A stretch of 46,169 nucleotides of DNA from Candidatus Krumholzibacteriia bacterium (GTDB lineage: Bacteria > Krumholzibacteriota > Krumholzibacteriia > LZORAL124-64-63): the NCBI GenBank assembly GCA_046484865.1, contig JAWOID010000065.1, forward strand, positions 1 to 46,169. The letters are read 5' to 3'. Both the position numbers and the translations under genes were made by a program. Shown piece after piece: positions 20,701-33,200 of the stretch. Position 1 is the stretch's first letter. The number at the start of each line of letters is the position of its first letter. Under the pieces are notes generated by a model, which was not told where the DNA came from, did no database searches, and worked only from the letters and a program-made list of their open reading frames with translations.

Positions 20701-21713
20701 CGCTGGTTCACCTCCCGGAAGAAGGTACGAGAGTCGTGGTCGATGCGAGCAACGGACCGACGGCAGCGAGGACCCGGTGCCGGTGGATGACCCTGCTGCC
20801 GGCCGCGCTGGCAGCCGCCCTGCTGCTGGCTGCGTGCGGTGACACCGACACGGGCATGGTGCCGGAGCCGGAGTATCCGTTCGCGGCGCTCGCGGTCGGG
20901 ACCGACACCACGTTCGAGGCGGTGACCTGGAACCTGAAGAATTTCCCGCTCCGGAACGGTGAGACCGTGGACCTGGTGGCGCAGGCCATCCTCGCCATCG
21001 ATCCGGATGTCGTGGCGCTGCAGGAGATCGAGAACGTCTCGGCATTCCGGGCCCTGCTGGAAGCGCTGCCCGGCTGGCAAGGTCATCGCGCCAGCAGCGC
21101 GTACGCTTCGATCAACCTGGCCTACCTCTACAAGACCGAGGCCGTGGAAGCGCTGCCCGCCGGCATCTACGAGATCTACACCGACCTGCGGTCGCCCTTT
21201 CCGCGAGCGCCGCTGGTGTTCGAACTGCGCGCCGACGGGCGCGAGGTCGTGCTGATCAACAATCACTTCAAGTGTTGCGGCGACGGCGTGCTGGAAGCGG
21301 GCGAGCCCGGCGACGAGGAGTTCCGCCGTTACGAGGCGTCGCGGCTGCTGGCGGAATACGTGGAAGACGTGTTCCGCGACCGGGCGGTGATCATCCTCGG
21401 CGACCTCAACGACCGGATCGACGACCGCCTCGCCGACAACGTCTTCCGGCCCTTCCTCGAGCGACCGCTGCAGTTCCGGTTCGCCGATGCGGAGATCGCC
21501 GTCGGCTCGGCCGTCGAATGGTCGTGGGCCGGCTCTTCCTACAGTCATCTCGACCACATCCTGGTGACGGCCGAGCTTTTCGACGACCTCGACGAGGACG
21601 CCGCCCGGGTGCTGACCGTCCGCGTGGACCAGGTGCTGCCGGGCGGTTTGCCGACCTACCGCAGCCTCGTCAGCGACCACCGCCCGGTGCTCTTGAAGCT
21701 CGATCTGGACTGA
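20697..21713 (+). CDS. Endonuclease/exonuclease/phosphatase family protein, probable lipoprotein
   Basis: LLLAAC lipobox, VTWNL, DVVALQEI, NHFKCCG, ILGDLND, LDHILV, SDHRPV; start could be 20787. Confidence 0.88.
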   Translation: MTLVHLPEEGTRVVVDASNGPTAARTRCRWMTLLPAALAAALLLAACGDTDTGMVPEPEYPFAALAVGTDTTFEAVTWNLKNFPLRNGETVDLVAQAILAIDPDVVALQEIENVSAFRALLEALPGWQGHRASSAYASINLAYLYKTEAVEALPAGIYEIYTDLRSPFPRAPLVFELRADGREVVLINNHFKCCGDGVLEAGEPGDEEFRRYEASRLLAEYVEDVFRDRAVIILGDLNDRIDDRLADNVFRPFLERPLQFRFADAEIAVGSAVEWSWAGSSYSHLDHILVTAELFDDLDEDAARVLTVRVDQVLPGGLPTYRSLVSDHRPVLLKLDLD

Positions 21714-21896
21714 ACGCGTCATCGTGCCTGCATCCCGGTGCCCGCAAGCCTGCAGCGCCCGGCAAGCGGATCACGTCGGGCGTCGCCACGGAATAGCCGG
21801 CGTCCGTGCACGCGCGGCTCCCCGCGGCAGACGCGGAGGCCACGGCCGCAACGCAACCCTATCCTGTCCTGGGGGCCAGGACAGGAAGGGCTGGTC

Positions 21897-23258
21897 ATGC
21901 TCCAGACGTTCGATGTGGTGGTGATCGGCACCGGCACGGCTGGAACGATCCTCGCGCACGCATGCCGCAAGGAAGGGCTTTCGGTGGCGGTCGTGGACCG
22001 GCGGATCTACGGCGGCACCTGTGCACTGAGAGGCTGCCAGCCCAAGAAGTACCTGGTGGCAGCCGCCGAAGTGGTGGCCCGGGCCCAGGCGTTGCACGGA
22101 CTCGGCCTCGCGGGCGAACCGCGGGTCGTCTGGCCGGATCTCATGGCCCACCGCGCCCAGTTCACCGACGCCATCCCCGGCCGGACCGAGGAGAACTTCC
22201 GCCGGCGCGGCGTCGCCATGATGCACGGTTCGGCGCGGTTCACCGGCCCGACCACGCTGGCGATCACCGGTGCCGACGACCTGGAGGTCGAGGCCGGCCA
22301 CGTGGCGGTCGCCACCGGAGCGAAACCGCAGCCGCTGCCCTTTCCGGGCGCCGAGCACCTCATCACCAGCGACGAGTTCCTCCACCTGCCCGAGCTGCCG
22401 CGCAGGATCTGTTTCGTGGGCGGGGGCTACATCTCCCTGGAATTCGCGCACGTCGCGGCCCGGGCGGGAGCGGAGGTGCGCGTGATCGAGATGACCGACC
22501 GCATCCTCGCGCCGTTCGATCAGGACCTCGTCGCGCGCCTGGCGACGGCGAGCCACGAGGCCGGCATCGAACTGCATTTGCGGCGGAAGGTCTGCGAGAT
22601 CCGGCGGGAAGGCGAAGATCTGATCGTGTGCGCCGACGACGAGAGCGGTCGCCGGGAGTTCGCCGCCGATCTCGTGGTCCACGGCGCCGGGCGGGTGGCG
22701 GAGATCGAGGATCTCGACCTGGACGCCGCCGGGGTGGAACACTCGCCCCGGGGGATCGCGGTGAACGACTTCATGCAGAGCACGTCCAATCCGGCCGTCT
22801 ACGCGGTGGGCGACGCCGCCGCGGCACCGCCCATGCTCGCGCCGGTGGCCGATCACGAGGCGATCACCGCCGCGCGGAACATCGTGCACGGCAACCGCGA
22901 GCGCATGAGCCACGACGACATACCGAGCGTGGCATTCACCTTTCCGGCCCTTGCCGCGGTGGGGATGACGGCCGCCGAGGCCACGGAGCAGGGCGACCGT
23001 ATCCGCGTGTTGCAGGGAGAGACGGCGAACTGGCCGTCGGCGCGCCGGATCGGCGAGATCCACGGCGCCTACAAGGTGTTCCAGGACTCCGAGAGCGGCC
23101 GCGTGCTGGGCGCCCACCTGCTCATGCACGACGCCGGCGAGCTGATCAACCTCTTCGCGCTCGCCATCAGGCACGGGCTCACGGGGAGGCAGCTGAAGGA
23201 GATCAGCTGGGCCTATCCGACCACGATCTCGAACGTCAAGTACATGGTCGCGAGCTGA
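21897..23258 (+). CDS. Class I pyridine nucleotide-disulfide oxidoreductase (glutathione reductase-like)
   Basis: VIGTGTAG, GGTCALRGCQPKK redox dithiol, VGGGYISLEFA, YAVGDAA; C-terminal AYPT instead of HPT. Confidence 0.92.
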   Translation: MLQTFDVVVIGTGTAGTILAHACRKEGLSVAVVDRRIYGGTCALRGCQPKKYLVAAAEVVARAQALHGLGLAGEPRVVWPDLMAHRAQFTDAIPGRTEENFRRRGVAMMHGSARFTGPTTLAITGADDLEVEAGHVAVATGAKPQPLPFPGAEHLITSDEFLHLPELPRRICFVGGGYISLEFAHVAARAGAEVRVIEMTDRILAPFDQDLVARLATASHEAGIELHLRRKVCEIRREGEDLIVCADDESGRREFAADLVVHGAGRVAEIEDLDLDAAGVEHSPRGIAVNDFMQSTSNPAVYAVGDAAAAPPMLAPVADHEAITAARNIVHGNRERMSHDDIPSVAFTFPALAAVGMTAAEATEQGDRIRVLQGETANWPSARRIGEIHGAYKVFQDSESGRVLGAHLLMHDAGELINLFALAIRHGLTGRQLKEISWAYPTTISNVKYMVAS

Positions 23259-23416
23259 GCGAGGACCGGCGCCGCGCTGTGCCGATCCGCCGCGGTCCGC
23301 CGGCCGCCGTGTGTACGGGCCGCCGCGTGCGCCGGCGTACGCTCGGAGCGCGGCCGGGCCGGTCGGGACGCACAGGCGTCGAGCACGACGGGAGAGGTGT
23401 CTCGGACAGAGCCCGG

Positions 23417-24073
23417 CTAGCTGGCCGGGATCACGTAGTTCAGGACGCAGAGGAAGTGCAGCGCCGTGCCCGCCACCACGAAGACGTGCCACACCGCGTG
23501 ATGGTAGGGGAAGCCGCGCCAGGCGTAGAACACGGCACCCGCCGTGTAGGCGAACCCGCCGCCGGCCACCAGCGCCAGACCCGCGGGCGGGAGGGATGCC
23601 ATCATGGGCCGCGCCGCCACCACGATGAGCCAGCCCATGGTCAGGTAGAAAGCCAGTGACAACCAGCGCCAGCGTCGCAGGAACACGACCTCGTACACGA
23701 TGCCCAGCGCAGCCAGGCCCCAGGCCAGGCCGAAGAGGCTCCAGCCCCAGGTCCCTCCGAGCACCACCAGGCAGAACGGCGTGTAGGTGCCTGCGATCAG
23801 CAGGTAGATGGCCCCATGGTCCAGCAGCTCGAACACGCGCTTGGCGCGGACGGACGTGAGCGCATGGTAGATCGTGGAGGCGGCGTACAGCAGCACCATC
23901 GTGGCACCGAAGACGGTCACGCCCACCATGACGCGCGCGTCGTCCGTACGTGCCGCACGGCTCACCAGCAACGCCAGCCCGGCGATGCTGCCGAGCAGAC
24001 CGATGCCGTGAGTGATCGCGTGGGCGATCTCCTCGCTGCGAGAGAAATGCTTGTGAGCGAATGCGCCGCGCAT
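23417..24073 (-). CDS. Hemolysin III / PAQR family membrane protein
   Basis: EEIAHAITHG, ASTIYH, LDHGAIYLLIAGTYTPF, HAVWHVFV. Confidence 0.95.
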   Translation of the reverse strand: MRGAFAHKHFSRSEEIAHAITHGIGLLGSIAGLALLVSRAARTDDARVMVGVTVFGATMVLLYAASTIYHALTSVRAKRVFELLDHGAIYLLIAGTYTPFCLVVLGGTWGWSLFGLAWGLAALGIVYEVVFLRRWRWLSLAFYLTMGWLIVVAARPMMASLPPAGLALVAGGGFAYTAGAVFYAWRGFPYHHAVWHVFVVAGTALHFLCVLNYVIPAS

Positions 24074-24117
24074 CGCGGTACAATGGCGCAGGGGCCGCAC
24101 CAGCGCAAGGCCACAAC

Positions 24118-25035
24118 CTACCAGGGCGCCGGCATTCCCCAGCGCACGAGTTTCTCCTCGAATTCCTGGCGCTCGCGGTGCCGCTTGAGCCCGTCCGGAC
24201 CCTCGGCCAGCCAGCCGGCGCGCGTGGCCACCTCGCGGGCGGTCTCGTGATCGCCGTGACCCAGGGCGGCCAGGATCTCGTCCTCGGTCCGCGAGATCAC
24301 GCGGCCGTGGAAGCGGTAGTCGAGGAACGCCTCCCAGGCCGCCGGCACCCAGCGCGCCACGATCTCCTCGCCGATCACCCGGGCGTACGCGCGGATCTCC
24401 TCCTGGGCATGGGCCTCCATCCGCAGCGACAGGAAATGCAGGAGGTTGTGCAGGTCCATCTTCCAGTAGGCCTCGGTGTACGTGCAGAGCGGAAGGTCCT
24501 TGCGGGCCTGCTCCCGCGCCACGCCCAGGCCGAGTCGCTCGTCGTACACGGTCCGGGCGTGGTCCTGCAGGACGCGCTCCTGTTCCGTCAGCCCGGCGCC
24601 GGCGCCGGCGTCCAGGTACCCCTCGGAACCCTGGCGATTGCCGCCGGCCTGCAAGCGCCACTGTTCGGGGGCGGTGCGCTGGGCGGTCGCGATGGCCACC
24701 GAGTAGCGCGTGCTGTACTCGTTCACCGAAGCCATGCGATGCCTGATCCACTGGCGCCACGCGTCCATGGGGACGCGCACGTGGAGCTTCAGCTCGCACA
24801 TCTCGAACGGGGTGGTATGACGGTGCCGCATGAGATAGCGGATGAGGCCGCGGTCATCGTTGACCTTGCGGGTGCCGGCTCCGTAGGAGACGCGCGCCGC
24901 CTGCACGATGGCGGCGTCGTCACCCATGTAATCGACCAGGCGCACGAAGCCGTCGTCGAGAACGGGGAAGGCGTGGCCGAGGATCTGGTCCAGGGCGGTC
25001 ACGCGGGGTCGGTGGAGGCGCTCGGGCTCGTTCAT
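24118..25035 (-). CDS. thyX: FAD-dependent thymidylate synthase
   Basis: AARVSYG, RHTTPFE, WIRHRMASVNEYSTRY (RHRX7S), HAQEEIR. Confidence 0.96.
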   Translation of the reverse strand: MNEPERLHRPRVTALDQILGHAFPVLDDGFVRLVDYMGDDAAIVQAARVSYGAGTRKVNDDRGLIRYLMRHRHTTPFEMCELKLHVRVPMDAWRQWIRHRMASVNEYSTRYSVAIATAQRTAPEQWRLQAGGNRQGSEGYLDAGAGAGLTEQERVLQDHARTVYDERLGLGVAREQARKDLPLCTYTEAYWKMDLHNLLHFLSLRMEAHAQEEIRAYARVIGEEIVARWVPAAWEAFLDYRFHGRVISRTEDEILAALGHGDHETAREVATRAGWLAEGPDGLKRHRERQEFEEKLVRWGMPAPW

Positions 25036-25150
25036 GATCCTCCCTGCGGGCGGCGCTCGCGGGCGGCGGTTCGGCGGCCGCGGACCGGCGGCCGCGGTCC
25101 GGCGGTGCGTGGAGGGGGATTATAGAGGCCGGTCCGGGGAAGGGCAACGT

Positions 25151-25186
25151 CGACGGTCGTGCGACGGCCGTGCGACGGTCGTGCGA
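25151..25186. repeat. Three direct 11-bp repeats (CGACGGYCGTG) in the divergent thyX/mrp intergenic region
   Basis: cgacggtcgtg cgacggccgtg cgacggtcgtg cga. Confidence 0.8.
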
Positions 25187-25280
25187 GACTGCAGGTGGCG
25201 GCGGTGCCCACCTTTGATACCATGGCGACACCGCGCCGACGATAGATCCCAGCCCGGCGACGACGGCGGTGTGCTTGACG

Positions 25281-27587
25281 ATGCTCTGGTCCATACTCCT
25301 CCTGCTCGTGACCGCGCTGGCGGCGCCATGGGTCCACCGCGCGGCGCCACGCCTGGGCGGCTGGCTGCTGGCGGCGGCGCCGTTCGCGGTCTTCGGCTGG
25401 CTCGTCGCCCACGTGCCCGCCATCGATCTGCGCGAGGTGTTCCTCGAGGACGTGGCATGGGCTCCGCAGCTGGGAGTGGATCTGGCTCTGCGGCTGGACG
25501 GCCTCAGCCTGCTGATGGGGCTGCTCATCACCGGGGTGGGCGGCTTCATCGTCATCTACGCCGGCGGTTACCTGCACGGTCACCCGCAGCTCGGGCGATT
25601 CTATCTCTTCCTGCTGGCCTTCCTGGCGTCCATGCTGGGGGTGGTGCTCGCCGACGACGTCATCCTGCTCTTCGTCTTCTGGGAACTGACGAGCATCACA
25701 TCATACCTGCTCATCGGCTTCAACCATGAGGAGCAGCTGTCGCGCTGGAACGCGCTGCAGGCGCTGCTGGTGACCGGGCTGGGCGGCATGGCGCTGCTGG
25801 CCGGGCTGATCCTGCTGGCCGCGGCCGCCGGCACCACCAGGCTGGGCGAGATCCTGGCCGGCGGTTCGGTGGCGGACCACGCCCTCTACCCGGCCATCTT
25901 CGTGCTGATCGCTCTGGGCTGCTTCACCAAGTCGGCCCAGGTGCCGTTCCACTTCTGGCTCCCCAACGCCATGGTCGCACCCACGCCGGTGAGCGCGTTC
26001 CTGCACTCGGCCACCATGGTGAAGGCCGGGATCTACCTGCTGGCGCGTCTGCTGCCGGTCCTCGGCGGGACGGTCGCGTGGACCGCCACGCTGGCGGTGG
26101 TGGGGGCGCTCACGATGCTGCTGGGCGCCGCCCTGGCCCTGTTCCAGACCGATCTCAAGCGGCTCCTGGCCTACACCACCCTGAGCGTCCTCGGCCTGCT
26201 CACCATGCTGCTGGGAGTGGGCTCCGACCTGGCGGTGAAGAGCGCCCTGATGTTCCTGCTGGGACACGCGCTCTACAAGGCCACCCTCTTCATGACCGCC
26301 GGCAGCGTGGATCACGAGACCGGCACGCGTGACGTGACGATGCTGCGTGGATTGCGCCGGGCGATGCCCTGGACCGCGGGAGCCGCGGCGCTGGCGGCGC
26401 TGTCGAAGGCCGGCTTTCCGCCGCTCCTCGGCTTTCTCGGCAAGGAGTCCATCTACGAGACGGGACTTCGTCTCGACGACTTCGGCAGCACCCTGATCGC
26501 GGTGAGCATGGCGGCCAACATGTTGCTGCTGGCGCTGGCGTTCAAGGCCGGCCTCCACCCGTTCTGGGGGCACCCGCGCGAGGCTCGGCTGCCGCGCGCA
26601 CCGCACGAGGCGCCGCCTTCCATGTGGGTGGGGCCGCTGGTCCTGGCGGTGGCCGGGCTGCTGTTCGGTCTGGCGCCCAAGCTCGTCGCGCGGCCGCTCA
26701 TCCAGCCCGCGGCAGCGGCAGTCACCGGCGGTTGGTTCGACCTGAAGCTCGCGCTCTGGCACGGCATCAACGTGCCGCTGATGCTGAGTCTGATCACCGT
26801 GATCGGCGGCCTGGCGATCTACGCCGTCCGCGAGCGGTTGTGGGCTCACGCGGGCACCGTGGCGGGCTGGACGCGCTTCGGCACGGAAGCGGGTTATGAG
26901 CGCATCTACGACGGGGTGATGGCGTTCGCGCGGTGGCAGACGCGGCTGCTGCAGTCCGGCTACCTGCACCGGTACATCCGCGTGGTGCTGGGAGCGGTGC
27001 TGAGCCTGCTGGCCTGGAAGCTGGTGCGCTTCGGTGGGTTGCCTGCCCAGGTGGACGTGTCCGACCTGCGTCTGCCGGTGGCCCTGCTGGTGGTTGTGAT
27101 GGCGGCGGCCACCCTGGTGGCGGCGACCGCTCGATCAAGGCTGCAGGCGCTGGTGGCCCTCGGCCTGGTGGGGTACGGCATGGCGCTGCTGTACGTCTAC
27201 TTCGGCGCGCCCGACCTCGCCATCACGCAGTTGCTGGTGGAGACGCTCACGGTGGTGCTCTTCGCGGCGGTGGCCCTGCGCCTGCCCGATTTCGGCTCCT
27301 ACTCCTCGCGCCGCGCGGTGCTGAGGGACGCCGTCTTCGCCGTGGGGGCCGGGCTGCTGGTGGCGGCCCTGGTGGTCAAGTCGGTGCATGTGGAACTGGC
27401 GCCCACCATCTCCGGCACGCTGGTCGACTGGAGCTATCCCCTGGGCAAGGGGCGGAACGTCGTCAACGTCATCCTGGTGGACTTCCGCGCGCTGGACACC
27501 CTGGGGGAGATCACCGTGCTCACCATCGCGGCCCTGGGAGTGACGGCGCTGCTGGCCGGACTGCGGCGGAAGGGAGGCGGCGCATGA
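25281..27587 (+). CDS. mrpA: Mrp Na+/H+ antiporter subunit A
   Basis: FWELTSITSYLLIG, TKSAQVPFHFWLPNAMVAPTPVSAFLHSATMVKAG, NVVNVILVDFRALDTLGE. Confidence 0.96.
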   Translation: MLWSILLLLVTALAAPWVHRAAPRLGGWLLAAAPFAVFGWLVAHVPAIDLREVFLEDVAWAPQLGVDLALRLDGLSLLMGLLITGVGGFIVIYAGGYLHGHPQLGRFYLFLLAFLASMLGVVLADDVILLFVFWELTSITSYLLIGFNHEEQLSRWNALQALLVTGLGGMALLAGLILLAAAAGTTRLGEILAGGSVADHALYPAIFVLIALGCFTKSAQVPFHFWLPNAMVAPTPVSAFLHSATMVKAGIYLLARLLPVLGGTVAWTATLAVVGALTMLLGAALALFQTDLKRLLAYTTLSVLGLLTMLLGVGSDLAVKSALMFLLGHALYKATLFMTAGSVDHETGTRDVTMLRGLRRAMPWTAGAAALAALSKAGFPPLLGFLGKESIYETGLRLDDFGSTLIAVSMAANMLLLALAFKAGLHPFWGHPREARLPRAPHEAPPSMWVGPLVLAVAGLLFGLAPKLVARPLIQPAAAAVTGGWFDLKLALWHGINVPLMLSLITVIGGLAIYAVRERLWAHAGTVAGWTRFGTEAGYERIYDGVMAFARWQTRLLQSGYLHRYIRVVLGAVLSLLAWKLVRFGGLPAQVDVSDLRLPVALLVVVMAAATLVAATARSRLQALVALGLVGYGMALLYVYFGAPDLAITQLLVETLTVVLFAAVALRLPDFGSYSSRRAVLRDAVFAVGAGLLVAALVVKSVHVELAPTISGTLVDWSYPLGKGRNVVNVILVDFRALDTLGEITVLTIAALGVTALLAGLRRKGGGA

Positions 27588-28072
27588 ACCACCTCTTGCT
27601 GGCCGCCGGTGCGCGCTTGCTGCTGCCCGTGCTGCTGGTGCTCTCGGTGGTGATCCTCTACCGCGGACACAACCTGCCCGGGGGCGGGTTCATCGGCGGA
27701 CTCACCGCTGCCGCGGCCTTCGCCATACTCGCCCTGGGCGAGGGCCGGAACACGGCGCTCCACCTGCTGCGCGTGGCACCGTCGACCCTCATGACGGCCG
27801 GACTGGCGGTGGCGTTCGCCAGCGGCCTTGCCGGGCCGATCGCGGGCCGCCCCTTCCTCGCGGCGGTCTGGCTGCCGGAGTTCACGTTGCCGCTGCTGGG
27901 CACGGTGCATCTGGGCACGCCGCTGGTGTTCGACATCGGCGTGTACCTGACGGTGGTCGGCTTCACCCTGTCGACCGTCTTCGCGCTGGCGTCGCCGGCG
28001 GAGACGCCGACGCGACCGGAGCGACCGGCGCTGCTCACGCCGGAGGGGCCGGGGGAGGGATCGCAGTCATGA
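27584..28072 (+). CDS. mrpB: Mrp antiporter subunit B
   Basis: RGHNLPGGGFIGGL, FDIGVYLTVVG; ATGA overlap. Confidence 0.93.
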   Translation: MNHLLLAAGARLLLPVLLVLSVVILYRGHNLPGGGFIGGLTAAAAFAILALGEGRNTALHLLRVAPSTLMTAGLAVAFASGLAGPIAGRPFLAAVWLPEFTLPLLGTVHLGTPLVFDIGVYLTVVGFTLSTVFALASPAETPTRPERPALLTPEGPGEGSQS

Positions 28073-28419
28073 CGTTCGTGCTCGCCGTCCTGGCCGGTGT
28101 GCTGTTCGCGGGAGGGGTCTTCTGCCTGCTGCGGCGCAGCATCATGAAGCTGGTGATCGGGCTGATGCTGCTCAGCCAGGCCGCCAACCTGCTGGTCTTC
28201 ACGGCTGCCGGCGTCACCGAGGGGGCCGCGCCCCTGGTGGCCCCCGGCGCCGAGACCCTGGCCCAGCCTCACCCCGACCCGCTGCCCCAGGCGCTGGTGC
28301 TCACGGCGATCGTGATCGGCTTCGGCCTGACGGCGTTCGCCCTGGCGCTGCTGGCCACCTCGTGCCGGACGCTGGGCTGCGACGACATCGATGCCTTCAG
28401 GGGGACCGGATCCCGATGA
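28069..28419 (+). CDS. mrpC: Mrp antiporter subunit C
   Basis: DPLPQALVLTAIVIGFG. Confidence 0.95.
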   Translation: MTFVLAVLAGVLFAGGVFCLLRRSIMKLVIGLMLLSQAANLLVFTAAGVTEGAAPLVAPGAETLAQPHPDPLPQALVLTAIVIGFGLTAFALALLATSCRTLGCDDIDAFRGTGSR

Positions 28420-29906
28420 GCCTGCTGCTGGCCGCACCTCTGTTCGTCCCGTTCACGGCCGCGCTGCTGGCGCTGGCGCTGCACCGGCAGCTGGTTGTTC
28501 AGAAGGTGCTCGGGGTGGCGGGTGCCACCCTCACCTTCGCCGCCACGCTGGCAGTGTTCGCGAGGGTGGAGGCGCATGGCACCCTGGTGCTGCACGTGGG
28601 CGGCTGGCCCGCGCCTCACGGCATCGTGCTGGTGGCCGATCTCTTCAGCGCCATCATGGTGGCCATCAGCGGGCTGATGGGGTTCGCGGTCGCCGTCTAC
28701 GCGCTGCAGGACATCGACGCGCCGCGGGTACGCTGCTACTTCTTCCCGCTCTATCTCCTTCTGCTCATGGGCATCAACGGGGCCTTCCTGACGGGCGACC
28801 TGTTCAACCTGTTCGTCTGGTTCGAGGTCATGCTCATCGCCTCCTTCGTGCTGATGGCCCTCGGGGGTGAGCAGCAGCAGGTGGAGGGGGCGCTCAAGTA
28901 CGTCTTCATCAACCTGGTGGCATCGGTCTGCTTCCTGGCCGGGGTGGGGGTCCTGTACGGGAAGCTCGGCACCCTGAACATGGCCGACGTGGCCGACCTG
29001 CTGGCGCAGTCCGAGGACGCGGTCCTGGTGAACAGCTCGGCCGCGCTGCTGCTGTCGGCCTTCGCCATCAAGGCCGCGCTCTTCCCGTTCTTCTTCTGGC
29101 TACCCGACTCGTACCACACGCCTCCCACGGCGGTGTCGGCGATCTTCGCGGGAATGCTCACCAAGGTGGGCGTCTACGCCCTCATCCGGGCGGTGACGCT
29201 TCTGTTCGCCACCAGCTTCGGATCGTTGCAGGACCTGTTCCTGTTCCTGGCCGGCGCCACCATGGCGACCGGCGTGCTCGGGGCGGCCGCTCACTTCGAG
29301 ATGAAGCGGATCCTGTCGTTCCACATCATCAGCCAGATCGGATACATGGTCATGGGGCTGGCGCTCTTCACGCCCGCGGCGCTGGCGGGCGCCATCTTCT
29401 ACCTGATCCATCACATCATCGTGAAGACGAATCTCTTCCTGGTGAGCGGTCTGGTGGGCAAGCTGCAGGGCAGTACGCAGCTCGACCGCGTGGGCGGGCT
29501 GTACCGCAGCTCGCCCTGGCTGGCGGCGCTCTTCTTCATCCCGGCCTACTCCCTGGGGGGGATTCCGCCGCTCTCCGGCTTCTGGGCCAAGTTCATGGTG
29601 ATCAAGGCCGGGCTCGACGCCCAGGCCTGGCTGCTGGTCACGGTGGCGCTGCTGGTGGGGGTGCTCACGCTCTTCTCCATGACCAAGATCTGGGCCGAGG
29701 CGTTCTGGAGGCCGTCTCCGCGGGAGTCGGTGTGGCAGCCGCTGCGGTGGCAGCAGTGGCTGCCGCTGGCGGGGCCGAGCGTCCTGCTGGCGGGGCTGAC
29801 CGTGGCGATCGGCCTGTACGGCGGACCGTTCTTCGAGCTGGCGCAGCGGGCCGCGACCGAGCTGTTCACCCCGGAGGCCTACGTGGCCGCGGTGCTGGGG
29901 CCATGA
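28416..29906 (+). CDS. mrpD: Mrp antiporter subunit D
   Basis: TGDLFNLFVWFEVMLIASF, FWLPDSY, TKVGVYAL, GIPPLSGFWAK. Confidence 0.95.
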   Translation: MSLLLAAPLFVPFTAALLALALHRQLVVQKVLGVAGATLTFAATLAVFARVEAHGTLVLHVGGWPAPHGIVLVADLFSAIMVAISGLMGFAVAVYALQDIDAPRVRCYFFPLYLLLLMGINGAFLTGDLFNLFVWFEVMLIASFVLMALGGEQQQVEGALKYVFINLVASVCFLAGVGVLYGKLGTLNMADVADLLAQSEDAVLVNSSAALLLSAFAIKAALFPFFFWLPDSYHTPPTAVSAIFAGMLTKVGVYALIRAVTLLFATSFGSLQDLFLFLAGATMATGVLGAAAHFEMKRILSFHIISQIGYMVMGLALFTPAALAGAIFYLIHHIIVKTNLFLVSGLVGKLQGSTQLDRVGGLYRSSPWLAALFFIPAYSLGGIPPLSGFWAKFMVIKAGLDAQAWLLVTVALLVGVLTLFSMTKIWAEAFWRPSPRESVWQPLRWQQWLPLAGPSVLLAGLTVAIGLYGGPFFELAQRAATELFTPEAYVAAVLGP

Positions 29907-30250
29907 GCAGGGCGATGGCATCCGTCGCACGCCTGGGTCACCTGGCGGCGTTCCTCGGCTTCTACGCCCGCGAGGTGGTGCTTTCCAACCTGCGGGTGGC
30001 GCGCGACATCCTCTCGCTGCGGCCGCAGCTCCGGCCGGGAATCCTGGCGGTGCCGGTGAGCACCGACCTCACCGACCGGCAACTCCTGATCCTGGCCAGC
30101 CTGATCACCATGACGCCGGGCACCCTGAGCCTGGAGGTGGCCGACGACCGCAGCACGCTGTTCATCCACACCATGTACCTGGACGACCCCGTGGCCCTGC
30201 GGGACAGGTTCCGGAACGACTACGAGGAGCGGATCCGCCGTGTTTTTTGA
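29903..30250 (+). CDS. mrpE: Mrp antiporter subunit E
   Basis: SNLRVARDIL, ITMTPGTLS. Confidence 0.93.
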   Translation: MSRAMASVARLGHLAAFLGFYAREVVLSNLRVARDILSLRPQLRPGILAVPVSTDLTDRQLLILASLITMTPGTLSLEVADDRSTLFIHTMYLDDPVALRDRFRNDYEERIRRVF

Positions 30251-30251
30251 C

Positions 30252-30527
30252 ATGCCGACGTGGTTCGTCATCGTACTCGACGCGTGCGCCGTGGGCTGTC
30301 TGCTGGCGCTGATGATCGCGTTCCTGCGCCTCGTGCGGGGGCCGTCGATGGCCGACCGCGTGGCGGCGCTCGACCTGGTCGGCGGCATCGCCCTGGCGCT
30401 CATCGTGGTGTTCGCGGTGATGGCGCGGGAGAGGGCGTTCCTCAACGCCGCCATGGCCATCGCCGTGATCGCGTTCCTGGGCACGGTCGCGCTGGCGCGT
30501 TACCTCGAGCAGGAGGTTCCGCAGTGA
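30252..30527 (+). CDS. mrpF: Mrp antiporter subunit F
   Basis: RLVRGPSMADRVAALD, FLGTVALARYL. Confidence 0.93.
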   Translation: MPTWFVIVLDACAVGCLLALMIAFLRLVRGPSMADRVAALDLVGGIALALIVVFAVMARERAFLNAAMAIAVIAFLGTVALARYLEQEVPQ

Positions 30528-30848
30528 CCTACGCCGTGGCGGCCGTGTTGATGCTGCTCGGCACGGGCTTCGCCCTGGTGGCGGCCATCGGCATCCTGCG
30601 GCTGCCCGACGTGTTCTGCCGCATGCATGCCGCCACCAAGGCGGGCGCCTTCGGCGGCACCCTCGTGGTGGCGGGCGCCGCCGTCTTCTTCGGCGACGTG
30701 TGGTCGGTGGTGCAGGCGGCGCTCATCGTGATCTTCTTCTACGTGACCGCACCGATCGGCGCGCAGATGATCGGGCGCGCCGCCTACCTGCGCGGCGCGC
30801 CCATGTGCGACGAGACCGTCCGCGACGATCTGGGCGCCCACGACCGGT

Positions 30849-30877
<29 letters not shown>
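30524..30877 (+). CDS. mrpG: Mrp antiporter subunit G
   Basis: GILRLPDVFCRMHAATKAG, TAPIGAQMIGRAAY; GTG start after AGGAGG. Confidence 0.93.
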
Positions 30878-32942
<2,065 letters not shown>

Positions 32943-33200
32943 GGCAGCTTCCTCCAGGGCTGGGGTCCGCCGGCAAGATAGCACGCGCGCGCGACCGGGG
33001 ACAGATCCCGCCCGAGCCCCGTGGACCCGGCCCCCGGCGCGGTCGTCCGCGGCCGGTCCGCCGCGGCGGAACCGGGATTCCCTCCCATCCGCGATCACCG
33101 CCGTTCGCCCCAGAGACGCCCGCTGGTGGCCTCCAGAGCATTTTTGTAACGTGAGGGTGGAGGACCGAGTGACGTGAGCCTTACCCCTGATCGGGGTGTC

